Origin: Balanoglossus misakiensis | Lineage: Eukaryota > Animalia > Hemichordata | Assembly (NCBI GenBank): GCA_040954595.2 | Contig: CM082598.2 | Location: forward strand, 9,625,097 to 9,689,096 | Direction: 5' to 3' | Length of the DNA: 64,000 nt | In this document: positions 25,901 through 36,544 of the stretch, in pieces | Layout of the letters: each line of letters opens with the position of its first letter | Numbering within the stretch: the first letter of the stretch is position 1 | Translations under genes and position numbers: made by a program | Notes under the pieces: model-generated | Databases searched by the model: none | What the model saw: the letters and a program-made list of their open reading frames with translations, nothing else | What the model was told of the DNA's origin: nothing

Positions 25901-26721
25901 AAAGGATGACTGTGCAAAAGCTGGAAAAGTGTGGATTTTCTCGGATTTTCCATTCATTTAATGTGGGACAACAAATGGGACAAGTTGGCGAAATGTGTTG
26001 TTGATTTTCAATCGCACCATGAAGCCTATTTGAACCTAATCTGCATAATTGTCCGAGGGGGTTGTTCTGGCACTTTGACTCATTTTTACCCCCATTGTTT
26101 CGTCTTTTCGTAGAGCATAATTATTTTTTCCTGGTCGAACCGAAGGCACGATTACGGTACATGAAGTACTATATTTCTTACAGCTGAGGATGATAATGAA
26201 CTTCTGTCTCTTCGGTCAAGGTATTCCTGGTGGTCTCCCCTCATGTAATCATACAGACTTCCTTCATCTCCTGAATCATATCTTGTTTGATAGTAGCCTG
26301 CAGTAGGAGTCCCAATATATTGATCATAATCTGGATCAACATCACCAGGGATATCTAAAAGGTCATTAGATCCACCATAGTAGTCATATGGTACCTCGGT
26401 GGGTTGGTGTCTGTAGGTTGGTATAGGTGAGTAATGGCTGTCTCTGTGACTAGCAATTGGGTGTTGAAAGTCAAAGAGTTCCATTTCTCCTTGCAGTGGA
26501 ATGGGATTGTTATCATACCTAGAGTCAGGTTGAATCATTGGCATTGGTTCCTGATTTATATTCACATCAATGCCAACACTATTCATCGTTGACTCAACTT
26601 GCTGCCTGATTTCTTCAAGACGTCTGTCTGGATTTTCGACATCTCTTAAAACTTGTCCCATTTGTACTTCTGTCTGGGATGCAAATATTCTGTCACAACT
26701 TGTGTACTTTGTATACGGCAT
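13194..26721 (-). CDS. Multi-exon gene for a ~399-aa Arg/Asp/Ser-rich protein with a C-terminal matrin/U1-type C2H2 zinc finger
   Basis: Exons 26721-26182, 24784-24631, 21932-21673, 20826-20754, 19855-19740 and 13250-13194 have AG/GT ends and compatible phases (0,1,0,1,0) and sum to 1200 nt without an internal stop. Motif PQGQNYMVKAFFCTLC-x12-HCREKSHY. The start codon and last exon are less certain. Confidence 0.75.
13797..14061. repeat. Foldback repeat with 35-bp units, copy 3
   Basis: Same units and end as the other two copies. Confidence 0.8.
14233..16158. mobile_element. CAC-terminated DNA transposon with 5-bp TSD (Transib/RAG-like signature), non-autonomous
   Basis: Perfect 42-bp TIR CACTCTGCCCGATCCCTATATATGGAAGTGCTCATTAATATT; TSD ccaat/ccaat; interrupts an AcademH-like MITE arm whose uninterrupted form is at about 36496-36544. 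Confidence 0.85.
16318..17557. mobile_element. Tc1/mariner/pogo-type MITE with nested double-hairpin element
   Basis: TA|CCGTATATTCTCGCAATTAAGCGCCA ... TGGCGCTTAATTGCGAGAATATACGG|TA; nested hairpins at 16672-16978. Confidence 0.85.
18380..18639. mobile_element. Double-hairpin element, Crypton-like
   Basis: AGCAATAAAACACCCCCAGCC...GGCTGGGGGTGTTTTATTGCT followed by TATGCCAGTATATTGA...TCAATATACTGGTATA. Confidence 0.55.
19740..19855 (-). CDS. Zinc-finger gene exon encoding the matrin-type finger
   Basis: ctcag|.QNYMVKAFFCTLCNIVLLEGRQQLDEHCREKSHYIEFQ|gtaata. Confidence 0.8.
20754..20826 (-). CDS. Zinc-finger gene exon
   Basis: tttcag|NNHNENSHITKEEHDEDIISDAPQ|gtaatt. Confidence 0.7.
21045..21620. 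mobile_element. Kolobok-like MITE
   Basis: TTAA|AGGGTTTATGACATGC ... GCATGGCATGGGACCT|TTAA (imperfect TIR). Confidence 0.55.
21673..21932 (-). CDS. Zinc-finger gene exon (RS-rich)
   Basis: aaag|..GNRQWRSSGG...RSLERSRDSRSD...SDRDL|gtgagt. Confidence 0.75.
21989..22837. mobile_element. PIF/Harbinger-like MITE
   Basis: TTA|GGGCCTGGTCAGAATTAACAGGGGG ... CCCCCTGTTAATTCTGACCAGACCC|TTA. Confidence 0.8.
22881..22937. repeat. (ACAG)n(AC)n microsatellite
   Basis: Read directly from the sequence. Confidence 0.9.
23140..24286 (+). mobile_element. Helentron-associated (HINE-like) repeat interrupted by a MITE
   Basis: Conserved body, (ACAT)n tract, 3' hairpin TCCCATGGTATATACCAATGGGA then an A-run; related copies at about 25140-25225, 41825-41893 and 63830-64000. 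Confidence 0.6.
23359..24210. mobile_element. Tc1/mariner/pogo-type MITE
   Basis: TA|CCGTACTTGCCCGGGTAAGAGCCCC ... GGGGCTCTTACCCGGGCAAGTACGG|TA, inserted in the (ACAT)n tract. Confidence 0.85.
24631..24784 (-). CDS. Zinc-finger gene exon (RD-rich)
   Basis: ggtag|YEKHSRDFETPQDQYRKSDRRDDNRDRRDRHR...|gtaagg. Confidence 0.75.
24854..24982. repeat. Hairpin element, Crypton-like
   Basis: AATAGAATCTCACACT...AGTGTGGGATTCTATT imperfect stem. Confidence 0.5.
25253..26157. mobile_element. Tc1/mariner/pogo-type MITE
   Basis: TA|CCGTAATCGTGCCTTCTGTTCGACCA ... TGGTCGAACCGAAGGCACGATTACGG|TA. Confidence 0.85.
26182..26721 (-). CDS. Zinc-finger gene, large first coding exon
   Basis: Lies in ORF 26152..26811; acceptor tttcag| with exon from 26765; MPYTKYTSC...SSLSSSA|gtaaga. 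Confidence 0.75.
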
Positions 26722-28317
26722 GTTTTTGATTCTGATATCGCCAAAATGCACACTTTTTCCGCTTCCTGAAACGACAAAGAAGATCAGAAATATTAACATC
26801 ACTTCACACACGGTTTAACCCTAAATGCTGCCAAGTCAGTTGAAACTGGTTTGATTTCCAGGGTGCCTAGAATCCTGACTCCCAGACCCGTTAGGCTGCC
26901 AAGTGTGTGTTATTCAGTAGGGCCTATACTAGACCCTCAAACCAAAACCAGTGCAAACCAGTACGATTTGGTACATTTTACAGTGTTCAAACTGCCAAGT
27001 GTGTCTAATTACATATGAGAGCCATGCCAAGACAGTCAAAATACGTTTATGAAAAAAATGTGGTAAATACGTATTTGAACTTGAAGGGACTTGACACTCT
27101 AAACAGGTTTGGCACCCAGTAGCATTACGGTCAATACTAGAAAAGACTTTGCATGTCCAATGTTATGGCTATGCACAACTTACCAGGGCTCCACATCGAA
27201 ATATATCGTATCATGCAGTTCTCCAATAGACTTTCATCAACCTTGGAATTGTAAGGTTTTGGTTTCATGATTTTGTTGAAAATTACACCGATTAACAGAT
27301 TGGTCATCCTAATCAAACATGTTTGAAAATATCACAGATAAGGAACATGTTTGGCAATGTATTGCAAAGCCTACCACTCACCAAGAGCAAGTTGACGAAG
27401 CAGTCATCATTATTGACAACAATGTGAATATACAGCCTGTACATTCCAATTGGGGGGGGGGGGGGGGTGGGGTGGGGGGGGGGGGGCTTGAAAATTTCGG
27501 ACCATGTGGCAGGGGGGGGGGGGTGTTGAGAGACCTGAAAAGTTTGCAAGGTATCACAATCCCACAATTGCCGACCCCCCTCCCAACCCAACTGCATGCA
27601 CCCAACTGTTTTTTGTGTTTGCAACATGCAAACCAAGGCAGAACTCGAGTTACATGCTGAACTGCAGCCAATGCGCACCAACTGGGGATGATAGTAGCAA
27701 GTGCTGCTGGGTTGAGTAGGTCAACCTAGCAGCACCCGCTTCCCTAACCCTATTTTATTGCCCGCTACAATCATTGCAGCTAGGGACATAGGTCGCGCTG
27801 TAGTTGAGAGCGCTTAGAGTATTCTAAAGCGCTCTCAACGGTTTCCAGTCGTTTCGGCCCCTAAGTTTTACGACCCCAGTCGTTTCGGCCCCACATATTC
27901 ACGACCCCAGTCAGTTCAGCCTTGAGTTAAATTGAGTAAATTTATGTATTTTTCCTGAGACTGTTATAAAAGTAATAGTGCATATAGTGGTAATGCTAGT
28001 AAAGTTAAACTCAAGCAGACGGGACTGGGAAAGTGCAAATTCATACCAGCCATGAACACAATCGCCGGCACAATTGATGGCAACCGTCTGTTATCGTTCA
28101 TTACATATCTTGTACAACATTTCCGTTGTAAACAAACCCGCACATCATTTCAAGTGTTACGGGCAATATTTACAGCTTGCATGTAGCTACAGTTGCCCAA
28201 ACCTTTCTTATAAAAGTTATATCTTCATTATGTAGTATTCCATGATGAATGTAAGGGAAAAACAGGCAATTTTCGATGATGAAAAATGGATACACACGAG
28301 AAATACTGGGGCTTTAA

Positions 28318-28677
28318 ACCCCGGTGCGGGGTATAAAAGGCCCCTCAAATCAGTGGCGAATCTTAATGCCGTTTGACTGACAACAGACAACACCAACGAT
28401 CTTGGCTCTATGAAAATCGGCCCAAACAGGTCCAAGCATAAAGAATTACACCACACAACGACAGTAGTTGGCTTTATAAACACACACAACCTAAAGTTAT
28501 CAACGAAAAAGTACACGAGCTTTTGAAACAACGATGATTTTGGGAGAAATCTGGTTTCAGTGCTTTTCAGAAGCGTCCTTGATCAATAACACAGTCATTA
28601 TGCACGACGACCACTCCAAAATAAACAACTATACAAACACACGTTAATCCGAAGCCCGGGTCTTTCCGCACCGGGGT
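28318..28677. mobile_element. TTAA-specific MITE
   Basis: TTAA|ACCCCGGTGCGG ... CCGCACCGGGGT|TTAA. Confidence 0.7.
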
Positions 28678-29253
28678 TTAAGTTTAGCATATTCGTAAGG
28701 AAGAAATAAAAAATTTGTACAGGCCCGTAATACGATCGCTTCGCGATGGGGGGGGGGGGGGGGGGTTTGGCCGCAGTAGTCGTATAGACGTATACGTCTA
28801 CTGTGCCTCCCCCCCCCCCCCCATCGCGAAGGAATACATGAGAAGTCGGCCAGATTAGAAGTTGGCCAGTACGCGCGTATGATGAGAAGTCGGCCAGTAC
28901 GTGAAGTAGGCCAGTTGTTGAACTTGTACCCGAATAGTGCAGTAATGACCCAGGTTACTTATAACAACACTTTTAAATGAAATATAATTGCACTAAAAAT
29001 TTTCATTTGGATGGATTTCCCACATTCTTGACATCACAATGGCGTCATGTCAAATAATGGCGTCTGGCATCTGTACCGATTCCCCGGCCCCGTATCCGCG
29101 GAAGGAGCTTAGGTTGTTCGACAAATTCCTGCGACATTTCTGATTAAATGGAGTTTAAAGCCTACTAAAATACATTGAAGATGTATGTGTATATTCATAC
29201 TTTCTGAGACAACACCAAACAATCAATCGCGACACAGTAAGTGCAGGTGACTG

Positions 29254-29870
29254 GGGTGCGTTCGACGCACAAAGCGTTCGGAAACGTTTTCATGTCGTAG
29301 ATCTTTTGTCATTGTTTTTCGCAAACGTTTTGTAACAATGGAAGGCATAAGACGGAGGTGACTCGCGGCGAACAACTCATTAATTCAAAATGGCGGACAT
29401 GTAAGCCAAAGTACGACTCACAGGGCATACTTTCGAAGAAGTTGCAGAATATTTGTCGATTTAGGTAGTGATAGTTTTACCAAGCGAAAGCTTGTATTTT
29501 TTCTCAATCAATAAACCAATTCACATGGATTGTGCCGCTACTGTCTTGTGTAAAACGGTTTAAAAGTGGTATGCACTTCCGGAATCATGTCCTTGTATGC
29601 GCACCGGGACGTTCTTGCTGATGGCCGCTGCTGATACTAAATCAAGAGAGGATGTTCGGTTTAAATTAGCAGCGGCTTGTTGGTTTGTATCCACATCGTC
29701 AATGCCGACGCTATCGTCCATAAATTGTTGCACAAGTAGCATGCAGGCTTTTTGCTATATATGCCGCCATTTTGCCTTTCACGCCCCCAATTGACAAGCT
29801 TATCGTTCGACGAATTACAAAAGCACCCTGCGCAAGCATTCACAAAACGCTTTGTGCGTCGAACGCACCC
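29254..29870. mobile_element. PIF/Harbinger-like MITE
   Basis: CTG|GGGTGCGTTCGACGCACAAAGCGTT ... AACGCTTTGTGCGTCGAACGCACCC|CTG. Confidence 0.8.
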
Positions 29871-29894
29871 CTGATGTTGATGTACCCCGGTGAC

Positions 29895-30160
29895 TAGACT
29901 CTCTCACAGCCCACGGTTCGCTACAACAAGGCTCTTCACTGACGCGCCCTCAACAGTTTGGCAAGGGAGAAGCACCGTTTGGTGTTGTGTAGCGAACCTT
30001 CATACATGCAATCAGACCATAATCCTGCACGGACGGCGAGAGGCAAAGGCGGGCGATACGATCGCTTCGCGATGGGGCTGCAGTAACTGTATTTACTGCA
30101 GCCCCATCGCGAAGCGATCATATCGCCCGCCTTTGGCGAGAGGTGTTGTGAGAGAGTCTA
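29895..30160. mobile_element. AcademH-like MITE
   Basis: TAGACTCTCTCACA...TGTGAGAGAGTCTA with 9-bp TSD cccggtgac. Confidence 0.8.
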
Positions 30161-33015
30161 CCCGGTGACGTACAATGGTACATGCGAAGTGAACAGACAG
30201 TTTTAAAATTCATCGGCTATTTGTACAAATATCTCAGCTCCTGTACATCAACTTCAAGGAAACATTTCGTAGTGAAATAGTTATATATGTAACACAAAGT
30301 ACCAACGGTTCTCTCCCACAGGCCGACTTTTCGTACTGGCCGAGGCCGACCATATACCCCTTTACTTCTATTGAGGCTAAACGCGGCGAACACAGACAAA
30401 GAGAAAAAACTGATATGCGAAATAACATACCATAATGCTCTAACCCACCATCTTGAGGAAATTGTTTGTCTGTGTAGACGTGCTCGCTCTACTCCAGTAG
30501 GGGTAGGAATAAACTATTGTTCCAATAGGGCATGACAGGTTGGCATAATAGTAGTATGAAACGAAGTGGACAATATGAGGTGGGATGTCGTATTTAAATG
30601 GATAACCACTCTAATGTGCTCCATTACCTAAATTTTTGTGAACAATCTTCATCATATTGTTTGAAAAGAGATATATCAAAATCAGAGAGTTGCAAAACAT
30701 GAAGACGGCCGTTCCCCTAGCAACAGGGACAACTGTGTATCGACGGCGCCATATTGGATTTTACTTACCAGTACAGTGCAGTGTAAACATTTCTGAAGCT
30801 TTTGCGGCCGTGACGAACTTCATTCGATAAATGAAGACTGATTTATCATAGAAAGATTTGCACAAGGAAATAGGTAATAAGCAGTTTCATTTTTCCTTAA
30901 TAATTTGGGGTTTTGCGTACTGACATCGATATGTTAAGCCGTCACGGTCAATATATTGAATTGTTGACGCGATCCCCGGATGGCAGTGAGCGCCATTACA
31001 GCCTCAGGGAAATGCATGTATTCAAGCTTACCCAGTGCTGAAACGACTAGGTTGTCCTGGCCGAAACTACTGGGATTGTTAAAAAATTAGGGGCCGAAAC
31101 CGTTAAGTGTAACGCCGAGAACACGCAGACCTGTACGGAGGGCTACGGGCTACTGAACTGCAGCTATAAGTCTGATCATTCAAGCTACACTGCGGGCTGC
31201 GTACAGGTTTGTGTGTTCGCGGCGTTCGTATACGCCGCGAACACATGGACTTTACGCAGGGCTATGATAGCTCCACTACATGGTGATGAGCAGTGGGCCG
31301 AATAAGCAATGTGTGGGCCATAATTTGTAGCAATTTTTGCCTTTTTTGGTAAAAAAATGGTTTTCTCTGAAACCGCTTGTCAGATTGACTTGGAACTTGG
31401 TGGGCATGTTCCTGCAGAGGTATTCAAGTACGATGTTCTATTTAAAAAAATGCATATTTGTGTTATTGGGGAAATTTGTGCAATTTTTCCTTGGAAAAGT
31501 TTTCACTCAAACTGAAAGCCTTCTAAACTCTCGCTAATTTAGAAAGTTCACTCTGAAACATGGGTCCGAAATTAGCATATTTTCTTTGATGCAAATGACA
31601 TGCTAATGAGATTTCGCTTGGGCATGCGAGGCCAAAGTGCAGAATCAGCGCGCATATGAGCGGGAGAGTTGTGCAGGTTTGAACTTGATTTTCTTGTCAC
31701 TGGTTGATTGACCGGCGAAAATCTCATCGGTTTTAGGTAAACTGTATATCTAATTTTCATAAACAACAGTTTTAGAATGTATAATAAAACGCAAGAGGCC
31801 GATTTTTGTAAAAACTTCTGCTGTCATCGTCGCCATACTTTGACCCACTCTGACTGAAAGGTAATTCTCCGATTTAAGTCCCGATTTACTAAGGTTACAG
31901 GTCGTGAACACTCTTCATATTTGGGAAAAATATTTAATAGATATGCATAAACACTTGTGGCAAGTTTGAGGGTTCTGCGTCCTTGCCAACGAAACTGACG
32001 CAGTGTTTTGTCCTGCGGTGCAGCGTGAAATCGACCTCGACCGGGAACGCGGAAGTAAAATTGAACATAGGGCTTCACAGTAAGAATAAGCCTTTCGATC
32101 TACTTAGACGTATTTTGGTGATAATAAATCATCTGTTGGGCAATTGGGGTCACAAATATTGCCGTAAGCCCGACGTGTTTCACCTCTGCTGTCTATGGTT
32201 TCACGTACAATCTCACTGAGAAGGACAGGCTTCGCCAGTGTCCACATCGGGACCGCAAATCAACACGCCCTGGCCTCGCACAGATCTTTGTGTTCCCGGC
32301 GTCACACGGCCGTGTAACGCGCCGGCAACTCACGTTCACAGACCTGTACGCACGGCTAGAAACGCCCGCACACATGCGTATATCGGCCCTATTAGCCTGC
32401 TCTGGGGGTAGACATAAGGGTTCAGGTATTTGTGTATTTTGTACAATATTCAGGTGCATAGTCTGCATGATTTATTAAAACATATGGACAGCAAAGTGTG
32501 TGAATTTCAATCTGTCTTTGCTGATCCCCGTGTTTGGCGTGGGAAAGTTTACAAGTCCAGGATAGGAGTTTCAAGAAAACAAAGTTTGTACATATTCCAC
32601 AAAGCCTGTTATACGTTTTATTGTCACAATCAGTACAAATTTACCAGTATCATACAATCTAGAATAAACTGACAGATCAATTTGATATGAAAAGGAACAT
32701 CACTGTTTTATATAGGAATTACATTATACATGTACATAGTGTACGCTTTGACTGGGAGTAGCCTATCGGTCGTCACTCTGCATGCAGTGGACAAGGACAC
32801 GGACTGTGCGAGCAGTCACCAGGTTGGACACAGTTGGCAGAAATCTGAAATGTAAAACAACAAATGTTGGCTAAGTAATTTGCTTGACATGTAGAAATTT
32901 TCAATCATGGACGGAAATTTTAAAACATGTTCGAAATGTGTTTATCCCCATTAACATCAACGCAATCAATGCTGCAGCCTACATAGTACAGGCTACGTAA
33001 ACGTCATCACACAGC

Positions 33016-33089
33016 TTGCCCGGAGACCAGGCGTCGATCTAGAATACAACGCGTTCCTTTCCCCCTACTACGCCCTGGTTCCCGGGCTA
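33016..33089. mobile_element. 74-bp AcademH-like MITE
   Basis: 9-bp TSD tcacacagc; imperfect TIR TTGCCCGGAGACCAGGCGT / ACGCCCTGGTTCCCGGGCTA. Confidence 0.65.
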
Positions 33090-33674
33090 TCACACAGCCG
33101 CCATGCTGGATTTCACAGGGTTAAAATCGTGACTTTTCCATGGCTAATTACGAACATCAAATGCTCGTGAACACCAAAAAATCTCTCTTATATCGATGTT
33201 TTGATATCAAATCTCAACATTTCTGGGTATAAAATAATGATAATTGCTTGCCAACGAAAATGACGCAGTGTTTTAGATGGCCGTGTACACAGGCCTACAA
33301 AACTCGTATTTAACCCATATTTCAAAAAATACGCGTCAGTTTCACGATTTTTTTTCGTGGGCGAAACCGGAGACCTTAAACATTTGGAAGATACCAAAAT
33401 CATGAGAATCACTCACCTTTCTAACTGTATTTTGACGATTTTTTCTTCGCTGAAAAATCGTCTAACGGTCACCGATAGTGAGATGAGGGCGTCCTTCATT
33501 TGAAATAAAACCCCTAATTATGCATGCAAATGAAGTACCCAGCTTTGAGAGTGAGTTTAGAACGATATTTAGAAGGCGATAATTATCGGACATCGAGCTC
33601 ATGAATATTAATAATCTTATTAATATTCATGAGCGCGACAACCACTTCGTTTTGGCAGAACCCTGATCGGATAT

Positions 33675-34898
33675 CAATCTGATTAAAATCAGATGTAGGG
33701 AACGGCGACGTGGTTTTTTTATGCTGTCGCCTCACACTACATCTGACCAACTCTCAATGGAGATCCCGCTGAACTCTCGCGTTCCGACCCGGCCAATCAG
33801 ATTGCGTGTTATGCCGACTAAAGAATTGCACTGGGAGATGGGAGAAATATTGTTGTTGACTTCGAGTATCGCACAGAATACGAAGGATTGGCTTTCTCTT
33901 GTGAACAATTACATGTAATTCCATGGTATCTTTCTTTGTTTGGCGTCATCGTATGCGAGTGGTTTTCGCAGAACAGTGAAACGTCGAGCTGTAGCCATAT
34001 ACAAATGATGAACTGTCGTTGATCATTTGTAAACTCTCCTAACAAGTCATGTTCGCCCTCGTAGTCATGCTGCCAGTCGGGAAAATGACGTACTTCATGT
34101 AAAAGTTTATAAAAAATAAACCAAATTTCACTGCCATGTATCCCAAAACAATTTATGTGACAGATTTTTAAAAAGAACGCTAACTTCGGCTAAGGAATGT
34201 CAAGTCATAGCTCCGCGTTCAGGTCTGTGTGTTCCCGACGCACCACATCCCTGCATAAGGCCCCATAGACAAAACTGGTGCGTCTGCGGACGCCCGACCG
34301 CAGCTTTTTCTGTCGAAATTCGATTTTATCGAAGCAAAATCCTTTCCCTGTCTACTTCAACCGACCCCAAATATGATGCGATTAACTTCTTCTAACGTCC
34401 GTGTAACGCCGGGAACACACAGACCTGCACGCAGAGCTAGTCAAGTCAGTGCACTGTGCAGTCGGTCGGTACACTCTGGGTTATACAAACGATCGTGGCG
34501 ACAGAATCTCTCCCTGGGACGGCCTTACACAAATGTAAAAGATTCTCCAACAATTTTACTGCGACTTGTTGCCACGTCTTATACATTTCGTTGACCGGTG
34601 GAATATAGAGGTTCAGTCGTCACGCTGAACTGGCTCGAAACCATTCCCCACGCTGATTCGACTCTCGCGCCCGGGATATATGTCTGTGGTAGCTCCATGG
34701 TAACAACCGCAAGGGGCCAGGTCATGTGATTGTGGGTTGCCTATCATTTGCTATAAGGCGCCTTCTGATTGGATTAGATTCCCAGTAATTCTCGTAGAGT
34801 TCAGCTAGATCTCCATTGAGAGTTGGTCAGATGTAGTGTGAGGCGACAGCATAAAAAAACCACGTCGCCGTTCCCTACATCTGATTTTAATCAGATTG
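33675..34898. mobile_element. CAA-terminated element with ~100-bp TIR and 9-bp TSD (AcademH- or MULE-like)
   Basis: CAATCTGATTAAAATCAGATGTAGGGAACGGCG... near-perfect TIR; TSD atcggatat. Confidence 0.85.
34208..34439. mobile_element. AcademH-like MITE nested in 33675-34898
   Basis: TAGCTC...GAGCTA with 9-bp TSD gtcaagtca; truncated sister copy at 10750-10965. Confidence 0.8.
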
Positions 34899-36117
34899 AT
34901 CGGATATATCCTTGGAAAAAAGTTTTCACTCAAATGGGAGGCCTATGGCGGCCCATCGCTGCCTCTGCTAAAATGCATAAAAATATCTATAGTTTGTGTG
35001 TTTTTGTTTGTGTTTTTGTTTGTTTGTGTGTTTTTGTTTGCAAAGAAAATGAAAAGAAATTAAAAACAAAACAAAATACAAATATAAAAATAAAAACAAA
35101 ATTAAAAACATAAACGGGTATCGGGTCATTCAAATGCCCATGAAATCGGCGTCGACGACGTTTAAAAAGCAAATTCAGGAGTACCATATACAGTAAACAC
35201 ATCACTGGATCCGCCATTGTGACCTTTAACCACGCTACTGTGGACGCGCGTAGAGGGCGATGACCCCGTCCCTTTTAAATTTATACACATGTGAATGCAA
35301 AACTATTTGAATCGCTGATAAGAAATGTTTACCAACTTTTATAATCCCAAAAAGGGCGCCCTAACCATGGCACGTGTGCAAGCGGCTTACCATACAGCGT
35401 GAACGTGTCAAAAAGTTATCTAAATCTTCCCAAAACCCAGGAATCATGTCTCCATTCAATAATCCAACATCAAATCAGATAGGAAATTGCAACTTTTCAA
35501 ATAAGGACGAAGTACAGTGCAAATGAACCTTTTCAAAGTCCTCAGTTTTTGGTGAAAAATTCAGGTCAGCCATGTTTGCTTCCCCCCCCCCCCCCCCCCC
35601 CCTACCCGGGTTCTCAAGTGCCTTGGGCCCCAACAACTCTGCTTGCAGCTTTAATTAGGCGCTTGGGCCCCTACTGTAATTGCTGGAGTTTTTCTTCTTT
35701 CTTCTTGAGTCGTTTTTTCGGCCACATACATCTCAGAAACCGCTGCAGCTGCGCTTTTGAAACTTGGCACAGTGGTTGAGGCCCATGAGTACTCGTGCAC
35801 CTGACCTTTGAAGTTGTAATTAGTCACGTGACTTTGTGGCTATATTCAATCGACATTTTCAAATTGACCTAATTTGCATGGGAATGGCGGCATGTGCATT
35901 CTTTTCTCAAACTTTGCAGACCATGTGGCCAAAATCCTCTGTGCCAAATATCAAGGTCCTAGGCCATGCCGATTTTGAGAAGAAGATTTTTATAATATTT
36001 TTTCATATTTTTTATTTTACCTGTGGTACTTAGCTGTACCGTGGGGGGGGAGGGGCTGATTACCCCACGGACAGCTGCCGGACGACCCCATACTAAACTA
36101 AAACTCCAGCAGCGCGC

Positions 36118-36544
36118 TAGTCTCGGTTACCCAGAGCCCTCTGCTTCTTCCGTTAGGCACTCCAGAAAGAGGGTCTGGGGAAACCCGGTAGACAAATCGC
36201 CGGGCGGAATCGGGACAGCTGCGATGCATGACGGGAGCTTAATATTCCAAAATGGCGACGTCCTGCGCGCGAACCTCGCGGCCGACATGTATGTCATACG
36301 ATAAAGAAAACATGCTGAGAAGTGCTAGACCTGCTAAAACTGTCTACAAATTGAAAAGAGAGAGAGAAGTTTGGTAAATAGTTTTCTAATATCGTCATAT
36401 CATAATATCGTATCGAATATTAAGCTCCCGTCATGCATCGCAGCTGTCCCAATTCCGCCCGGCGAATTGTCTACCGGGTTTCCCCAGACCCTCTTTCTGG
36501 AGTGCCTAACGGAAGAAGCAGAGGGCTCTGGGTAACCGAGACTA
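36118..36544. mobile_element. AcademH-like MITE nested in another MITE (about 36023-36900)
   Basis: ~115-bp near-perfect TIR TAGTCTCGGTTACCCAGAGCCCTCTGC...; 9-bp TSD gcagcgcgc. Confidence 0.88.

Larger units (their letters stand above)
27838..31104. mobile_element. Large TIR element with subterminal GTTTCGGCC repeats hosting nested MITEs
   Basis: Left AACGGTTTC(CAGTCGTTTC)GGCCCCTAA matches right TTAGGGGCCGAAACCGTT; contains 28318-28677, 29254-29870 and 29895-30160. Confidence 0.55.

Noticed and set aside
27313-27719. Pro/Gly-rich ORFs
   Set aside because: Derived from poly-G tracts of repeat sequence
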